Notes: generated by a model not told the origin, from the sequence alone. Shown: positions 32,009-43,845, counted from the stretch's first letter. The stretch: DNA of 64,000 nt from an uncultured Planctomycetaceae bacterium (GCA_963833985.1 CAWIAD010000002.1:1920001-1984000); one strand, 5' to 3'. Numbers and translations are program-made.

Positions 32009-32635
32009 CTCCCTCGCCCAGGCCTGGTCACTATCGTCCTGATTCCGCGTGACCCAGGGATGGATCTCCGCGGCCCGCAGCGTAGGGATCATCTCGCTGC
32101 GCTCGGACTCGGCGTACTGGCCGTCTTCCCCGAGCCGGAGAATGGTGACCCTGCACTGATCGCAGATCCAGACCTCGCGGACTCCCAATCGGCGGTAGAC
32201 CTCGACGGCGTCGTCCGCGTCATGGCTGATCACGACCTCGATCGCGAGGTCCGGAGGCGGGTCGGTGCGCAAGTTCAGCGTTCTCTTGCCGCGCATGCGA
32301 TCCAGGTTCGTGAAGTAAAAAGTTTCGTCTCCCTCCACGCCACCTTTCTTCGACCGTCGTCGCAATGTGGTCGAGCGTGCACCGCGGCAGGGAATCTCGA
32401 GCTCCTCGGCAATGACAAAGACGAACAGTCCTGCGAGCCGCGTCATGAGTTCATGCAGGTAAGACGGCGACACCAGGGTCACGCTCTCGTCGAGATAGAC
32501 CATGCGCGGCTGCCGGCGCTCGCCCCGCAGCTTCAGGAGCGTCGCGTACCCCTTCCAGCCGACGTCGGGGAAGACGACGCACTGGTCGGCGTCGCTCTCG
32601 ATGCTTTGAGCTGGAGTGGCTGTCGCGGTAGTCAT
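31943..32635 (-). CDS. Uma2 (DUF820) family putative endonuclease, copy C
   Basis: Ends shared with copies A/B, divergent core; EGDETFY, PPPDLAIEV, YRRLGVREVW. Confidence 0.92.
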   Translation of the reverse strand: MTTATATPAQSIESDADQCVVFPDVGWKGYATLLKLRGERRQPRMVYLDESVTLVSPSYLHELMTRLAGLFVFVIAEELEIPCRGARSTTLRRRSKKGGVEGDETFYFTNLDRMRGKRTLNLRTDPPPDLAIEVVISHDADDAVEVYRRLGVREVWICDQCRVTILRLGEDGQYAESERSEMIPTLRAAEIHPWVTRNQDDSDQAWARELRRWVAEVLAPRYQENQAIPE

Positions 32636-32680
32636 TCCCTGGTCTCCGGGTCGTTCCAGATCGCTCACTTGCCTGATCGG

Positions 32681-33289
32681 TCAGCCAGCAAGATCCTTGA
32701 CTGCAATACATCCCAGTTCACGGCCGTCGAGCACCAGGGGGACTTCTCCATCTGCCCCGTAGAACGCGACGTCCTGGAAAGCTGCGGCTCGGCCCCGGCC
32801 TGACGGGCGGCCATAAACCTCGATCCGCTTCTGAGCCAGGTTGACGATCCAGTATGTGCTCACGCCGACCGCCGCATACCTGCGCCATTTAACGCCCCGG
32901 TCCGTGGCATAGCTCACGTCGGAGACTTCGATCAGGAGACCGAGGTCAGCGGCCCGCGGCGCGCGATCGCGATAGCGTTCGCGCGGTGCTCGAACCACGG
33001 CGATATCAGGCTCGGGACGCCAGAACTTGCCGAGCACCACGGATTTCTCTTCCCGGGCAAACCAGGCCGGCTCGAGCAGGCGATTGAGCGTTGCTCCCAG
33101 CAGGTCGACCGCGAAATCGTGGGGGTCGTTCTTTGTCATCTTGCGGCAGAGCACCCCTCCGAGCAGCTCGACACGGGCTCGATCGGGGAAGAGGCCGGCG
33201 CCGATCATCCTCTCGAATTGCCTCACGCTCATGCGATAAGGCTTCAGCCCCTGTTCGGTGCCGGTTGAAGGATGGATTTCGGTGACCAT
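32681..33289 (-). CDS. Uma2 (DUF820) family putative endonuclease, copy D (different subfamily)
   Basis: RVELLGGVL, PEPDIAVV, LLIEVSD, KWRRYAAVGVSTYWIVNL. Confidence 0.92.
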   Translation of the reverse strand: MVTEIHPSTGTEQGLKPYRMSVRQFERMIGAGLFPDRARVELLGGVLCRKMTKNDPHDFAVDLLGATLNRLLEPAWFAREEKSVVLGKFWRPEPDIAVVRAPRERYRDRAPRAADLGLLIEVSDVSYATDRGVKWRRYAAVGVSTYWIVNLAQKRIEVYGRPSGRGRAAAFQDVAFYGADGEVPLVLDGRELGCIAVKDLAG

Positions 33290-33341
33290 GATCGATGCCT
33301 CTTCGACAGCTCGTGAGCCGGAAAGTCGGCCCGCGGCCTGG

Positions 33342-33931
33342 TTACTTCGTCGCCTTGTACTCCGCCTCGGCGTCGGTCAATTCCAGCTGCTTCTGATGGA
33401 GCGAGCGGATTTTCTTGAGAAAGTCAGCCTTGCGGCGCTCCGATTCGACGCGGGCGGCCTCAAGACGGGCCTGATACTCCTCTTCGGCCATGTGATCGAG
33501 CGCCTTCTCCCCCAGTTTGCCTCCCTTGAAAAAATCCGCCAGGAGTTGTATTTGCTCTTTCTCTCGTCCAGTTCCAGCCTTTTCGGCGTCTCGTGTCATC
33601 TCTTTAATGACGTCGTCCGAGTTGACGAGCGGGATCATCTGCCCGGCCATCCTCAGTTTCCTGATCTCGTCCTTGACTTCCGACAGTGCCCTGCTGCGAT
33701 TCTCGAGTTCGAGCTTCCCACCTGTTTTCAGGCATTCCAGCAGGTTGTGCCGGGCCGCGTCGCATTCCACCTTCAGGAGTTCGACCTCGGCATGCAGGTC
33801 GGCGATGCGGGCGCGAAGCTTGGCTTCCGGCGAATCGGCCCCTCCGGTCCCGGCACCGCGCCATGGCCCGCGACGAGGATCAGGATAGCCACAAACCCCG
33901 GCGCGAAGACGATCCAGCGCAGCCTCGACAT
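33342..33931 (-). CDS. Exported coiled-coil hypothetical protein (frameshift near ~33835)
   Basis: Signal-like MSRLRWIVFAPGFVAILILVAG, then in a shifted frame AKLRARIADLHAEVELLKVECDAAR..., a Lys/Glu-rich helical sequence. Confidence 0.65.
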
Positions 33932-33956
33932 TGGTGCGGCTCCTCTCTCGATCGGT

Positions 33957-35060
33957 TTACCGGCCCCGGCCCAGAAACTCCTTGATCGAATCGTAGATTC
34001 CTTCCTTGTTGCGGATCTCGGACAGGGCGAGGTTGGGGACCTCGTCGAAGGCTTCCTCCAGCTCGCGGTAGAACTCGCCCGAGCCGTAGGGGCTCTCCAC
34101 CTGCCCGTAGCAGAACAGGTTGCACTTGGGCAGGAGCTGGTCGCGCAACAGGCTGATGCAGTTGCGGTTGTCCTCGCCCCAGTTGTCGCCGTCGGAGAAG
34201 TGCAGGACGTAGATGTTCCAGTCCATCGGCGAATGGAATTCGTCAATGATCTTGTTCGCCAGCGAGTAGGCGGAGCTGATGCGCGTACCGCCGCTTTCGC
34301 GGGTGTGGTAGAAGGTGTGTTCGTCGACCTCGCGGGCGACGGCGTCGTGGATGATGTAGCGCGTGGTGACGCCGTCGTACTGGCTTTTCAGCCAGGTGTC
34401 GATCCAGAACGCCTCGGTGCGGACGATCTCTTTCTGGTCGTCGGTCATCGACCCGGAGACGTCCATCAGGTAGAGCACGACGGCGTTGAACTGCGGCAGC
34501 GAGATCGGGTTCCACGAGCGGTAGAGCTTGTCCTCGCGGATCGGGATCACCAGCGGGTCGCGCGGGTCGTACTGGTTCGAGGCGATCTGCCGCTTGAGCG
34601 CCTTCTTGTAGGTGCGCTTGAAGTGCCGCAAGCTTTCGGGCCCGGCCTGGCGGATACCCGTGTAGCGGTCCTTGTCCTCGACGATGTTCGCCCGGCCCTT
34701 GGGTTCAATCCGCGGCAGGGCGAGCTCCTCGCCGAGGATCTGGGCCAGGTCGTCCATGGTGAGCTCGACCTCGAGGATGTGGTGTCCCGGGGCCTCGCCG
34801 GCCCCCTGGCCGGGCTCGCCGTCGCTGGACCGGCCAATCGGCGTGCCGACGTCGCCCGGCCCTTGCCCCACGCCGCCCCGGTTCTTTGCCCCGTAGCGGA
34901 ACTCCGGGATCTCGATCTGCGGCAAGGGGATCGACACGAACTCGCCGCCCGACTTGCCGATCAGCTCGCCGTGCGTGATGTACTTGCGCAGGTCCGACTT
35001 GATCTTGCCGCGGACGATCTGCTTGAAGCGATTGGCATCTCGATCGATTTTTCGCACCAC
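33957..35060 (-). CDS. yeaH: YeaH/YhbH (DUF444) vWA-like protein
   Basis: [46 protein letters not shown]. Confidence 0.95.
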   Translation of the reverse strand: MVRKIDRDANRFKQIVRGKIKSDLRKYITHGELIGKSGGEFVSIPLPQIEIPEFRYGAKNRGGVGQGPGDVGTPIGRSSDGEPGQGAGEAPGHHILEVELTMDDLAQILGEELALPRIEPKGRANIVEDKDRYTGIRQAGPESLRHFKRTYKKALKRQIASNQYDPRDPLVIPIREDKLYRSWNPISLPQFNAVVLYLMDVSGSMTDDQKEIVRTEAFWIDTWLKSQYDGVTTRYIIHDAVAREVDEHTFYHTRESGGTRISSAYSLANKIIDEFHSPMDWNIYVLHFSDGDNWGEDNRNCISLLRDQLLPKCNLFCYGQVESPYGSGEFYRELEEAFDEVPNLALSEIRNKEGIYDSIKEFLGRGR

Positions 35061-35711
35061 GGCTCCCCCGCCCCCGCCGTCGCGTGTATGGCATCAACGA
35101 CCTGGAAGAACTTGCCGGCTTGTTCCGGACTCACCCACGGCCGTTTCGCTTCTGTTTCTGGTGACTGAACCTCAGCTTCGCATTTCCCCAGGGTCCAACG
35201 GCTCAACGTGCTGCCGAGCGTCCGGACGCACTCGCGTCCGTCCGGCAAACGTCCGCGCAGGTGGCCGCGTCCGCGAACCGGAAGGATGAACGATCCGACC
35301 GCTGGCGAGATGGAAAAGAACAGATTGGTTCCCGCCGGCTCGGTTCAGAATCGGCGCCGCAGTGAGCATCCGAAAGGGTAGGTCGAAAGCAGCAGTCAGT
35401 GGATGACGATCGTGTTCCGGGATGATGTCTCACTCACTACTTTAGCTTATAGCAAATTCTAGACCCACGCCCATCCCGGATTCAAGGAAACATTCGAGAG
35501 ATTGGACGGCTGCCGCACACGGCAGACCATGCGCCGGTGACTTTGTCCCACACCCGGCGGGTGCAGCACGGTGAACGCCACGGGAATGCACGTCGTGTCT
35601 GCCGGCAACCCTGGAACGCGGATCCGAGCACCGGCGCCGCGGTCACGGGCATGCCCGGACCGCGGTTGACGCTGGCGTACCAGGTGGTCCCGGTTGGTTC
35701 CCGCCCTGCGG

Positions 35712-37772
35712 TTAATGGCTGCCGCGCTTGACGTCGCCGCGTGCGAAGATGCTGGCCACGTAGTTGAGGACGTCCGTCGCGGAATCCTCATCGTAACCAT
35801 AGTTGCGGATGAGCCGGGCCTTGACGATGTCGATCTTCTCCTGCGTGTCCTTGTCGACCACGCTCGAGACCAGGCTTGTGAGCTTGATCGTATCTTTCTG
35901 GTCCTGGAAGAGCTTCAGTTCCAGGGCCTTCTGGAGCCGTTCGTTGGTGCGGTAATCGAACCTCTTGCCGTCCAGGGACAGGGCCCCGATGTAGTTCATG
36001 ATCTCGCGGCGGAAATCGTCCTTGCGGCTTTCGGGGATATCGATCTTCTCCTCGATCGAACGCATGAGCCGCTCATCGGGTTCCTCGGTCTGGCCGGTGT
36101 ACTTGTTCTTGACTTTCTCCCGCTGGGTGTACGCCTTGACGTTGTCAATGTAGTTACCGCAAAGCCGGGTGAGGGCGTCCTCGTCGGCCGCGATGGCGCG
36201 CTGCACCTCGTTCTTCACGATGTCCTCGTATTCCTCTTTGACCAGCGAGAGCAGGTGCCGGTAGTGCTTGCGCGTCTCATCGCTGTTGATCAGCGAGTGA
36301 TGCTTGAGCCCAGTCTCCAGCTCGTTGAGGACCATGAACGGATTGATCGACCGCTCGTTGGGATGAGCCACCAGGGCGTTGGAGATCTTGTCCTGGACGT
36401 AGCGCGGGCTGATCCCCTGCATTCCCTCGCGCTCGGCCTCCTCGCGCAGCTCCTTGATGTTGTCCTCGGTGAACCCGGGCAATGTCTTGCCGTTGTAGAG
36501 CTTGAGCTTCTGCATCAGGGTCAGCCCGGCGTTCTTGGGTTCTTCCAGCCGGGTGAGCACCGCCCACATGGCGGCCACCTCCAGGGTGTGCGGGGCCAGC
36601 CGCTTGCCCCGTACCTTGCGATCGTTGTAGTCCTTCTCGTAGATCCGGATCTCATCGGACAGCCGGGTCACGTAGGGGACGTCAATCTTCACCGTCCGGT
36701 CGCGCAGGGCCTCCATGAACTCGTTGGACTGGAGCTTCTTGTATTCCGGCTCGTTGGTGTGGCCGACGATCACCTCGTCGATGTCGGTCTGCGCGAACTT
36801 CTTGGGCTTGATCTTGTGTTCCTGGCTGGCCCCCAGCAGATCATAGAGGAACGCCACGTCCAGCTTCAGCACCTCGATGAACTCGATCACGCCGCGGTTG
36901 GCGATGTTGAACTCGCCGTCGAAGTTGAAGGCGCGTGGATCGCTCTCGGTGCCGTACTCGGCGATCTTGCGGTAGTTGATGTCGCCGGTCAGCTCGGTGG
37001 CGTCCTGGTTCTTCTCGTCCTTGGGCTGGAATGTGCCGATCCCCACGCGATCCTGCTCGGAAAGGATGAGCCGCCGGACCACGACGTCCCCGACCACGCG
37101 CGACCAGTCGCCACCGTACTGCTCCATGCGCTCGTTGAACATCTGGCGGCAGAACGGGCAGAGGTCGCCTTCAATTGCCAGCTCATAAACGTGCGGCACC
37201 GTCTCGGCCCTAAGCAGCCGCGTCACCTCCTCGCGGTCCTCCTGAGGGATGAGGTGGAGCGGCTCCTCGTGCATCGGGCATTCGGTGATGATCTCTTCCC
37301 CGTCGGGGCCAGCCTCCTTCCAGGCAAAGCTGAAGAGCCGGCCTTCATCGGTGCGCGAGTACCGCTCCAGTCCCTTCTTGACCAGCCGTGCAATCGTGCT
37401 CTTGGAACTGCCCACCGGCCCGTGCAAGAGCAGAACGCGGCGCTCGGTGCCGTAGCCGTGCGCGGCGCTCTTGAGGACGTTGACCAGGTTGATCATCGTC
37501 CGCTCCAGTCCGTAGATCGCGTCCTCGCCCGTATTATCGGGATCCTCGAAGAACTTGTAGCGCAGCAGCTTCTCCTTGTTGACAATGATCTCCTCGGTCC
37601 CCTTGCTGAGGATCATGTCGTAGAGCCGCTGGTACGCCGTCCGGGTCACGTTCGGATCGCGCCGGACGATGTCGATGTATTCCGCGAAGCTACCGGACCA
37701 GTGCTTCTTCTGGTAATCGTCCAGATTCTGGCGACTCGCGATCAGCGAGATCAGATCCGATCCAGTGGACAT
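35712..37772 (-). CDS. prkA: PrkA/YeaG AAA+ ATPase / serine protein kinase
   Basis: [66 protein letters not shown]. Confidence 0.97.
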   Translation of the reverse strand: MSTGSDLISLIASRQNLDDYQKKHWSGSFAEYIDIVRRDPNVTRTAYQRLYDMILSKGTEEIIVNKEKLLRYKFFEDPDNTGEDAIYGLERTMINLVNVLKSAAHGYGTERRVLLLHGPVGSSKSTIARLVKKGLERYSRTDEGRLFSFAWKEAGPDGEEIITECPMHEEPLHLIPQEDREEVTRLLRAETVPHVYELAIEGDLCPFCRQMFNERMEQYGGDWSRVVGDVVVRRLILSEQDRVGIGTFQPKDEKNQDATELTGDINYRKIAEYGTESDPRAFNFDGEFNIANRGVIEFIEVLKLDVAFLYDLLGASQEHKIKPKKFAQTDIDEVIVGHTNEPEYKKLQSNEFMEALRDRTVKIDVPYVTRLSDEIRIYEKDYNDRKVRGKRLAPHTLEVAAMWAVLTRLEEPKNAGLTLMQKLKLYNGKTLPGFTEDNIKELREEAEREGMQGISPRYVQDKISNALVAHPNERSINPFMVLNELETGLKHHSLINSDETRKHYRHLLSLVKEEYEDIVKNEVQRAIAADEDALTRLCGNYIDNVKAYTQREKVKNKYTGQTEEPDERLMRSIEEKIDIPESRKDDFRREIMNYIGALSLDGKRFDYRTNERLQKALELKLFQDQKDTIKLTSLVSSVVDKDTQEKIDIVKARLIRNYGYDEDSATDVLNYVASIFARGDVKRGSH

Positions 37773-38779
37773 GTGAAGTTCCCTCCTGAAGGCACCTTGA
37801 TCCCTGATGTCGGCTCGAGCCCGCGGGCACCGCCGAGCCCGCGGCCCCGGCGCGTCGAAGGCCGCTCAAACAACCCGTCCGCCCGCGGCGCGCAGCGTGG
37901 TAGTATCCTCATTGTGGCTGAGGCTTCGGCCAAATTGTCAAGCAAACCTGGTGACGATGGGAACGTCCGTCAAGCCGGCAGCCGTCAGGCCTTGAAGAAC
38001 ACAAGCAGTTCGGAGGCCGGGGAGATGGTCTCCACGCAAAATTGGCACCTGGGGACCGGCGCGACAGTCATCGCCGGCGCCAGCCAATCAATTTATTACA
38101 ACGCCCGTCTTGCGATTCTGTCAAGCGAACCAGCAAACATGCTGCCGGATTGCCCCGGCCCTCCACGGCTTCGGCCTGACTCGTGCGCTCTCGGATCCAT
38201 TTCTCCCCGATCGCCAGATCCCCTCCGTTCATGGCCAGTCCCGGACGTGAGACCAGACGACGGTCACAAGCCCATCCGAGCCAGGCAGCAAAACGCACGC
38301 CAGCCGCGCACCGCGGCGGGTTCTCGCCGGCATCCGCGATCCCCGTACCTGGCCGATTCCCGGGTCTTCCGACCCGGCAAGCTGGCGGTTTCGGAGCGAC
38401 CGATGTTCGGGCCTGGTGCACCAGGGGCGCAACGTTTCCAGGGCCGACCCGCCCTGCCTGAGCCCAAACTTTGTGCGAATCGCCCGGATCCGCCGCATCC
38501 CCTGGCAAGCTCTGAACGGCACAACAGGGGGCTTCGCCTGCTGCGGCAACCGGCGGACCGATGCCGGTCTCTGCGCCGGTGTGCTCAGAAAAAACCGGGC
38601 TCGCGGCCCTGTTCGAGCCGAGCTAACATCAAGCCTGGCGAGTTCTTTTGCAACGGAGGGCCACCGCGACGGCGGCCTTGATGGAATCTCCGGGCGGACG
38701 CCGTTCATGGCGAGCACGCTTCGTCGCAGCAGGAGGCGGCTCCGGCGGCAAGGTCACATCCAGGTTCGAGGCAAGGGCA

Positions 38780-40920
38780 ATGACGGGAAAGGATACCGGA
38801 CTGGACCTGGAATCATTCTTGCTGCTCATGCGCGCCGACCTGGGCACCTGGGCGCTGCTGGGGCTGGGAACACTGGTCCTGGGCCTTCTCGCCTGCCTGA
38901 GCTGGGGTTCGCGGCGGGCGCTGAGGCGCTGCCTGGCCCTCTCGGTGCTGGCCCACGCGGGGCTGGCACTCTATGGCAGCACGGTTCCGGCGGTCTTCCG
39001 GGTCTTCCGGCTGGCCGCACGCGAGAGCGGGCGCAAGCCGCACATCCGGCAGATTCGCGTCACGCCGGTGCCGGCGCGCCTGAGATTTCCGCCGGACTGC
39101 GCTCACCGGCCGCTCCGGACGGCCCCCCGAGCATGGTCGACGGCGGCCGGCTGATGGTGCCGGCCGCCTCGCCGGACCTGGCCATCGAGCCCTTGCGGCT
39201 GGCGGGCACCGGTTCAACCTCCCTTCGAAACCGAGGCCCTCACCAGCGCCGCGCCGTCCGCGGCGCCGCCGGATCTGCCCAGGGCGCCCGCTCAGCCATC
39301 CCTGCCGGTACCGCTCGCCATCCCGCCCGGCAGGCGCCTTGCCGAGGCTGGCGGGCCGGCCGTCCCGCGCCCGCCAGCGCGGCTGCCGTGCGACTGTCGC
39401 AGCCGCCGGCTCTTGCCCCACCGGCGGCCGGGGAGCTGGCCCTGCTCGTGCCCGAACCGGTGCGGTACAAGCCTTCCGCTGCGGCCGCGGAACGGCGGTC
39501 GCTCATCTCGGCACCGGCAATCTCAGTTCTGGCCGCGGCGGACCTGCGGGCCGAGGCAGCGCGGCAGCAGGCCACGGCCGCGGCCGAGGTCCAGCCTCGA
39601 TCGGAGTCCGTGAGCACGGTGAAGCCCCTGCCGATCCCAGTGGCCCACGCACTTCCGGCTGCTCGCCCGTCCGCCAGGCCCGGTCCTTTCTCGGGCGATC
39701 TGTCCAGGCCCTCCGGCAGCCGCAACCTGAGCGAGGTGCCCCGATTCTACCGCTCCCGGCTCGATGCCAACCGCTCCAACCTGGCGCAGCGGGCCGGTGC
39801 CAGCCCGGCCAGCGAGCAGGCCGTCGAGCGGGCCCTCGACTGGCTGGCTCGCCACCAGGATGCCGACGGCCGCTGGGATGGCGGCACAGCGCGCTACGAG
39901 GACGCCACGGCCGTTCCCGGCGACGACGATTTCACGGTGCACTGCCCTCCCGGGCAAACCTGCTTTGGCGAGTGTGCCTACTGGGATGCCGACACCGCGC
40001 TTTCGGGCCTGGCCCTGCTGACCTACCTGGGTGCCGGCTACACCCACAAGGAGGGGAAGTTTGCCATCACCATGGGCAATGGACTGGACTTCCTGCTGGC
40101 ACAACAGCGCCCCGATGGCGATCTCAGAGGTCCGAGCAAGGTCGTGGGGATGTACTGTCACGCCATGGCCACTCTGGCTCTCTGCGAGGCCTACGCCCTG
40201 AGCCTGGACCCCGGCCTCCGTGAGCCGGCCGAACGAGCCGTCGCCTTCCTGGTCCGCAGCCGCGCTCGCGACGGACAGGCATGGAGGTACGCTCCGGGAG
40301 CACCGATGGGGGATACAAGCATTCTTGGCTGGGTTGTCATGGCGCTCAAGTCGGCCCGGGAGCTGGGGCTCTCCCTGCCCGAACAGGAGAGTGTCCGCCA
40401 CGGCACGCTGGAATGGCTGGACCGGGTAGCGGGGGGGCAGGACAGGGGCCTGGCACGCTACCAGCCCAACGAACCGGTCACGGCCACCATGACGGCCGAG
40501 GCCTGGGTCTGCCGCCAGTTTCTGGGAACCGGCGGCCCGGGCCCGGCCAGCACCGAGGCCGCGCTTTACGTCTTGAAACATGAGTCGGACAAGGGCGAAT
40601 CGAACTTCTACTACTGGTATTACGGAACGCTTGCCCTGTACCAGCACGGAGGTCCGTCGTGGACACGCTGGAATGGCCGCCTGCGCGATCGGATCGTGAC
40701 CTTGCAACGAACCGCTGGCCACCAGTCCGGCAGCTGGGACCCGGACGAGAGCATGTACGGGGCGAAGGGCGGGCGCATCTACTGCACGGCGATGGCCGCC
40801 CTCTCGCTCGAGGTCTACTATCGCTACCTCAGGCTTTACGATAACCCCCGGCTGCCCTCGAGCGCCGATCCGGCTGCCGCATCGTCCCCGGCGCAAGCGG
40901 CGGACCGCTCCGCCCCCTGA
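38780..40920 (+). CDS. Membrane-anchored prenyltransferase/squalene-oxidase-repeat (alpha/alpha toroid) protein; frameshifts in the Pro/Ala-rich linker
   Basis: N-terminal TMs (LALSVLAHAG); C-terminal AVERALDWLARHQDADGRW, MYCHAMATLALCEAY, WRY, YYWYYGTLAL, GGRIYCTAMAALSLEVYYRY. Confidence 0.85.
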
Positions 40921-41044
40921 GCCTCTCAGCTCCTAGAGCCGCGCGCCCACGGCCGCGGACGGCCCGCGCGGGGCAGGGAAGGACCATCAGAGTGGCCGAC
41001 CCGTTGACCGGATGACCGGGCGGAGACTCCGGCGGACGGCACGC

Positions 41045-41641
41045 TCACTTCTCCGCGAGCGCTTTCTCGATGGCCCCGCAAAGCGTGGTCGACTCGGGCT
41101 TGACGTCCGGCGGGAACCTGGAAACGATCTCGCCCCTGCGGTTGACCAGGAACTTGGTGAAGTTCCAGGGAATCGGTCCGGCATGCTTCGCATCCGTGGC
41201 GGGGCTGGTCAGGTAGTCGTAGAGGGGATGAATGCCCTGGCCCTTGACGACGATCTTGGAGAACAGCGGAAAGCTCACCTTGTACCGGGACGTGCAGAAT
41301 TGCTTGATCTGTTCGTCAGTCCCCGGCTCCTGGGCGCCGAATTCGTTGGCCGGGAATGCCAGGACCTCGAAGCCCTGGTCCTTGTACTTCTGGTAAATCT
41401 CCTCGAGTCCCTTGTATTGTGGAGTATAGCCGCACTGGCTGGCCGTGTTCACGAACAGCAGGACCTTACCCTGGAACCTGGCCAGCGCAACATCCTTGCC
41501 GTCGATGTCTTTCACCGTGAAATCCAGGACGGATGCGGGTTTCTTCGGGGCGTCCTGTGCCAGGACCGCGGCCCAGGAGAGCGATGCGAGCAGGAGGCCT
41601 GGAACGGCCAATCCAACGATTGGAATGATTCGGGCCAGCAC
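41045..41641 (-). CDS. Glutathione peroxidase family protein, secreted
   Basis: VNTASQCGYTPQY, AFPANEFGAQEPG, WNFTKFLVNR; signal peptide from a GTG start. Confidence 0.95.
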   Translation of the reverse strand: MLARIIPIVGLAVPGLLLASLSWAAVLAQDAPKKPASVLDFTVKDIDGKDVALARFQGKVLLFVNTASQCGYTPQYKGLEEIYQKYKDQGFEVLAFPANEFGAQEPGTDEQIKQFCTSRYKVSFPLFSKIVVKGQGIHPLYDYLTSPATDAKHAGPIPWNFTKFLVNRRGEIVSRFPPDVKPESTTLCGAIEKALAEK

Positions 41642-41930
41642 GGGTGGGTCCTCTTGAGAGAAAAGTTCGAGGCAAGCACGGGTCGGACAGGCCGCCGGGA
41701 AGGCCGCAAGTGGGAGGCGGCTGGCCGTTGCACCGTCATCGGGGGGAGCTTCCAACAAGCTGAATGTATGATGCAACGTCGGAATTGAAAATTCAAGAGT
41801 GGCCGTTGCGGCTCGGGCTCGTGCCGGGAGTCTGGCGCCAGGGCCGCACGCGGGTCTCATGGGGTTGTGCCACCTGGCGGCTCACGCGCAGCAGCCGGAG
41901 TGGGCTCGGACAAGAGGGTCAGACAGACTG

Positions 41931-43528
41931 ATGATGGACGCACTCACGCCCGCGGCGCACGCGCGCTGGACCGGGCCCAGTTCCGTGCCCGCGCCCAGGG
42001 TGGCTCCAGCGTCGAGCCCGCCGACCTGCTGGCCGCACTGGTCGACGAGGCCGAGGGCCAGGCCATCGAGTTGCTGATCCAGTTCGGTCTCGAGCCGGCC
42101 CGCGTGCTCGACGCGCTGGGCGTTGATCCGGAACCGCCGATCCCCTCGGGCGGCACCGATCCCCTCGACGAACCGTCGGCGCTGCTCCCGCACTCGCCCG
42201 GCCTCCGCGCTGTCCTGCTGGAGGCGGGAACGCAGGCGCGGGCCCAGCAGCGCGGGCTGCACATCGGCACCGAGAGCCTGCTCGCCGGATTGCTGGCCGA
42301 TTCGTCCTCCGCGGCCCACCGGCTGAAGGAGTCCGGGCTGGATCTCGAAGGGCTGCGGCGCCACCTTGCCGAGCCGGTCGCCGCGCTCTCGCAGCCCGTT
42401 CCCCCGCTCGAGGGAATGGCCCCGCTGGATCTCTACGATCCGGTTCGCGCCGTCGATCTGGGCCGGATTCTCGACGCCTCGGCGAACCGGGCGCGCGAGG
42501 GCCTGCGCGTGGTCGAGGACTATGTCCGCTTCGCGCTCGACGACCCCGGTCTGACGCGCCGGCTCAAGGAGGTTCGCCACCGCCTGGCTGAAACCTTGCG
42601 CGGGTTCGACCCGGACCTGCTGATCGCCTCACGCGACACACGCGAGGATGTCGGCACGCACATCATGACCCGTTCGGAGCAGGTGCGTGAGAACCCCCGC
42701 GCCGTGCTCACGGCGAATTTCAAGCGCGTTGCGGAAGCCCTGCGCACGCTCGAAGAGTACGCCAAGCTGGTGGACGTCTGGCTCTCGGGACGCTTCGAAG
42801 TGCTGCGCTACGACGTGTACACGCTCGAGAAGCTCACGCTCACGGCCGTGCACGCCTTCCGCGCCCTCGCTGAAGCCAGGCTGTTGGTACTCGTCGGCGG
42901 TCTGCCCACCATGGGCGACCTGACGTGGATCGTCGGCGAGGCACTCGCCGGCGGCGCCCAGGTCATCGAGCTGCGCGAGAAGAACTTACCGGACCGCGCG
43001 CTGCTGTCGCGGGCCCGCGAGGTCCGCATTCTCACCGCCCAGGCCCGGGCGCACTTCATCATGAACGACCGTCCGGACCTGGCCCGCCTTGCCGGCGCCG
43101 ACGGCGTGCATCTCGGGCAAGAGGACGTCTCGGTGCGCGACGCGCGGCGGATCGTCGGCCCGAACCTGCTGGTCGGCGTGTCCACACACAGCCGCGTTCA
43201 GCTCGATGCGGCGATCCTCGCCGGGGCGGCATACCTCGGCGTGGGCCCGGTCTTTCCCAGCCGGACCAAGGAGTTCTCAGAGCCGCAGCTTGCCGGTCTG
43301 GCTTACGTGCAGGCCGCCGCCGAGACCACCAGCATTCCCTGGTTCGCCATCGGCGGCATCACCGAGCAGAACATCGAGCAGGTCCTGGCTGCGGGTGGCA
43401 CCCGCGTCGCCGTCAGCGCCGCGGTCGTCCGCGCCGGCCGCCCCAGGAAAGCCGCGGCGCGGCTGCGAGCCCTGCTCGAGGGACACGAGCCGGAGGACAC
43501 GGGCATGAACAGCGACGACGATTCTTGA
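41931..43528 (+). CDS. thiE: Thiamine-phosphate synthase with N-terminal Clp-N-like repeats and ThiD2-like domain (probable frameshift near ~41960)
   Basis: Clp-N-like VEPADLLAAL and IGTESLLAGLL; RILDASANRAREGLRVVED; IELREK, MNDRPD, GVHLGQED, GVSTH, GPVFPSRTK, AIGGI. Confidence 0.9.
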
Positions 43529-43845
43529 AGTGACCGCAGCGGTCAGATCAGGTTTGGAACAACGCGAACATCCACGTCGCCCTCCTGACCAGGAACATGG
43601 GCCAGCCACAACGGAACGCCTGGAAGGCTGCCATTCAGAAGACGCCCCTGGACGGCGGACCTCGGCCGTCCGTGCGTCAAAATCGACACGGATCACCGTT
43701 CCACGCGTTTTACGAGTCCACCTGGCTTGCTTTCCACCGGGCTCCTTTTGCATACTGGTCAGGCCTTGCCGGCGATGCTTGGATGAAGGCATTTCATGGA
43801 GCGACGGCGTCGCCGCTCTCACAGGGTGGCCCCGTGAAACCTGGG

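Noticed and set aside
30500..32635. Uma2 array as a diversity-generating retroelement or integron cassette array
   Set aside because: No reverse transcriptase, integrase or attC-like sites; spacers are only 12 bp; differences are not adenine-specific by eye.
33258..35168. 636-aa plus-strand ORF
   Set aside because: Antisense shadow of yeaH and its neighbour.
35694..38681. 995-aa plus-strand ORF
   Set aside because: Antisense shadow of prkA caused by high-GC codon bias; no recognisable motifs.
38416..38779. 5' extension of the 834-aa ORF
   Set aside because: Arg/Pro-rich off-frame sequence; the plausible N-terminus with TM helices starts at 38780 in another frame.
41800..41930. TPP riboswitch upstream of thiE
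   Set aside because: The conserved CTGAGA and ACCTGA...AGGGA elements were not found.
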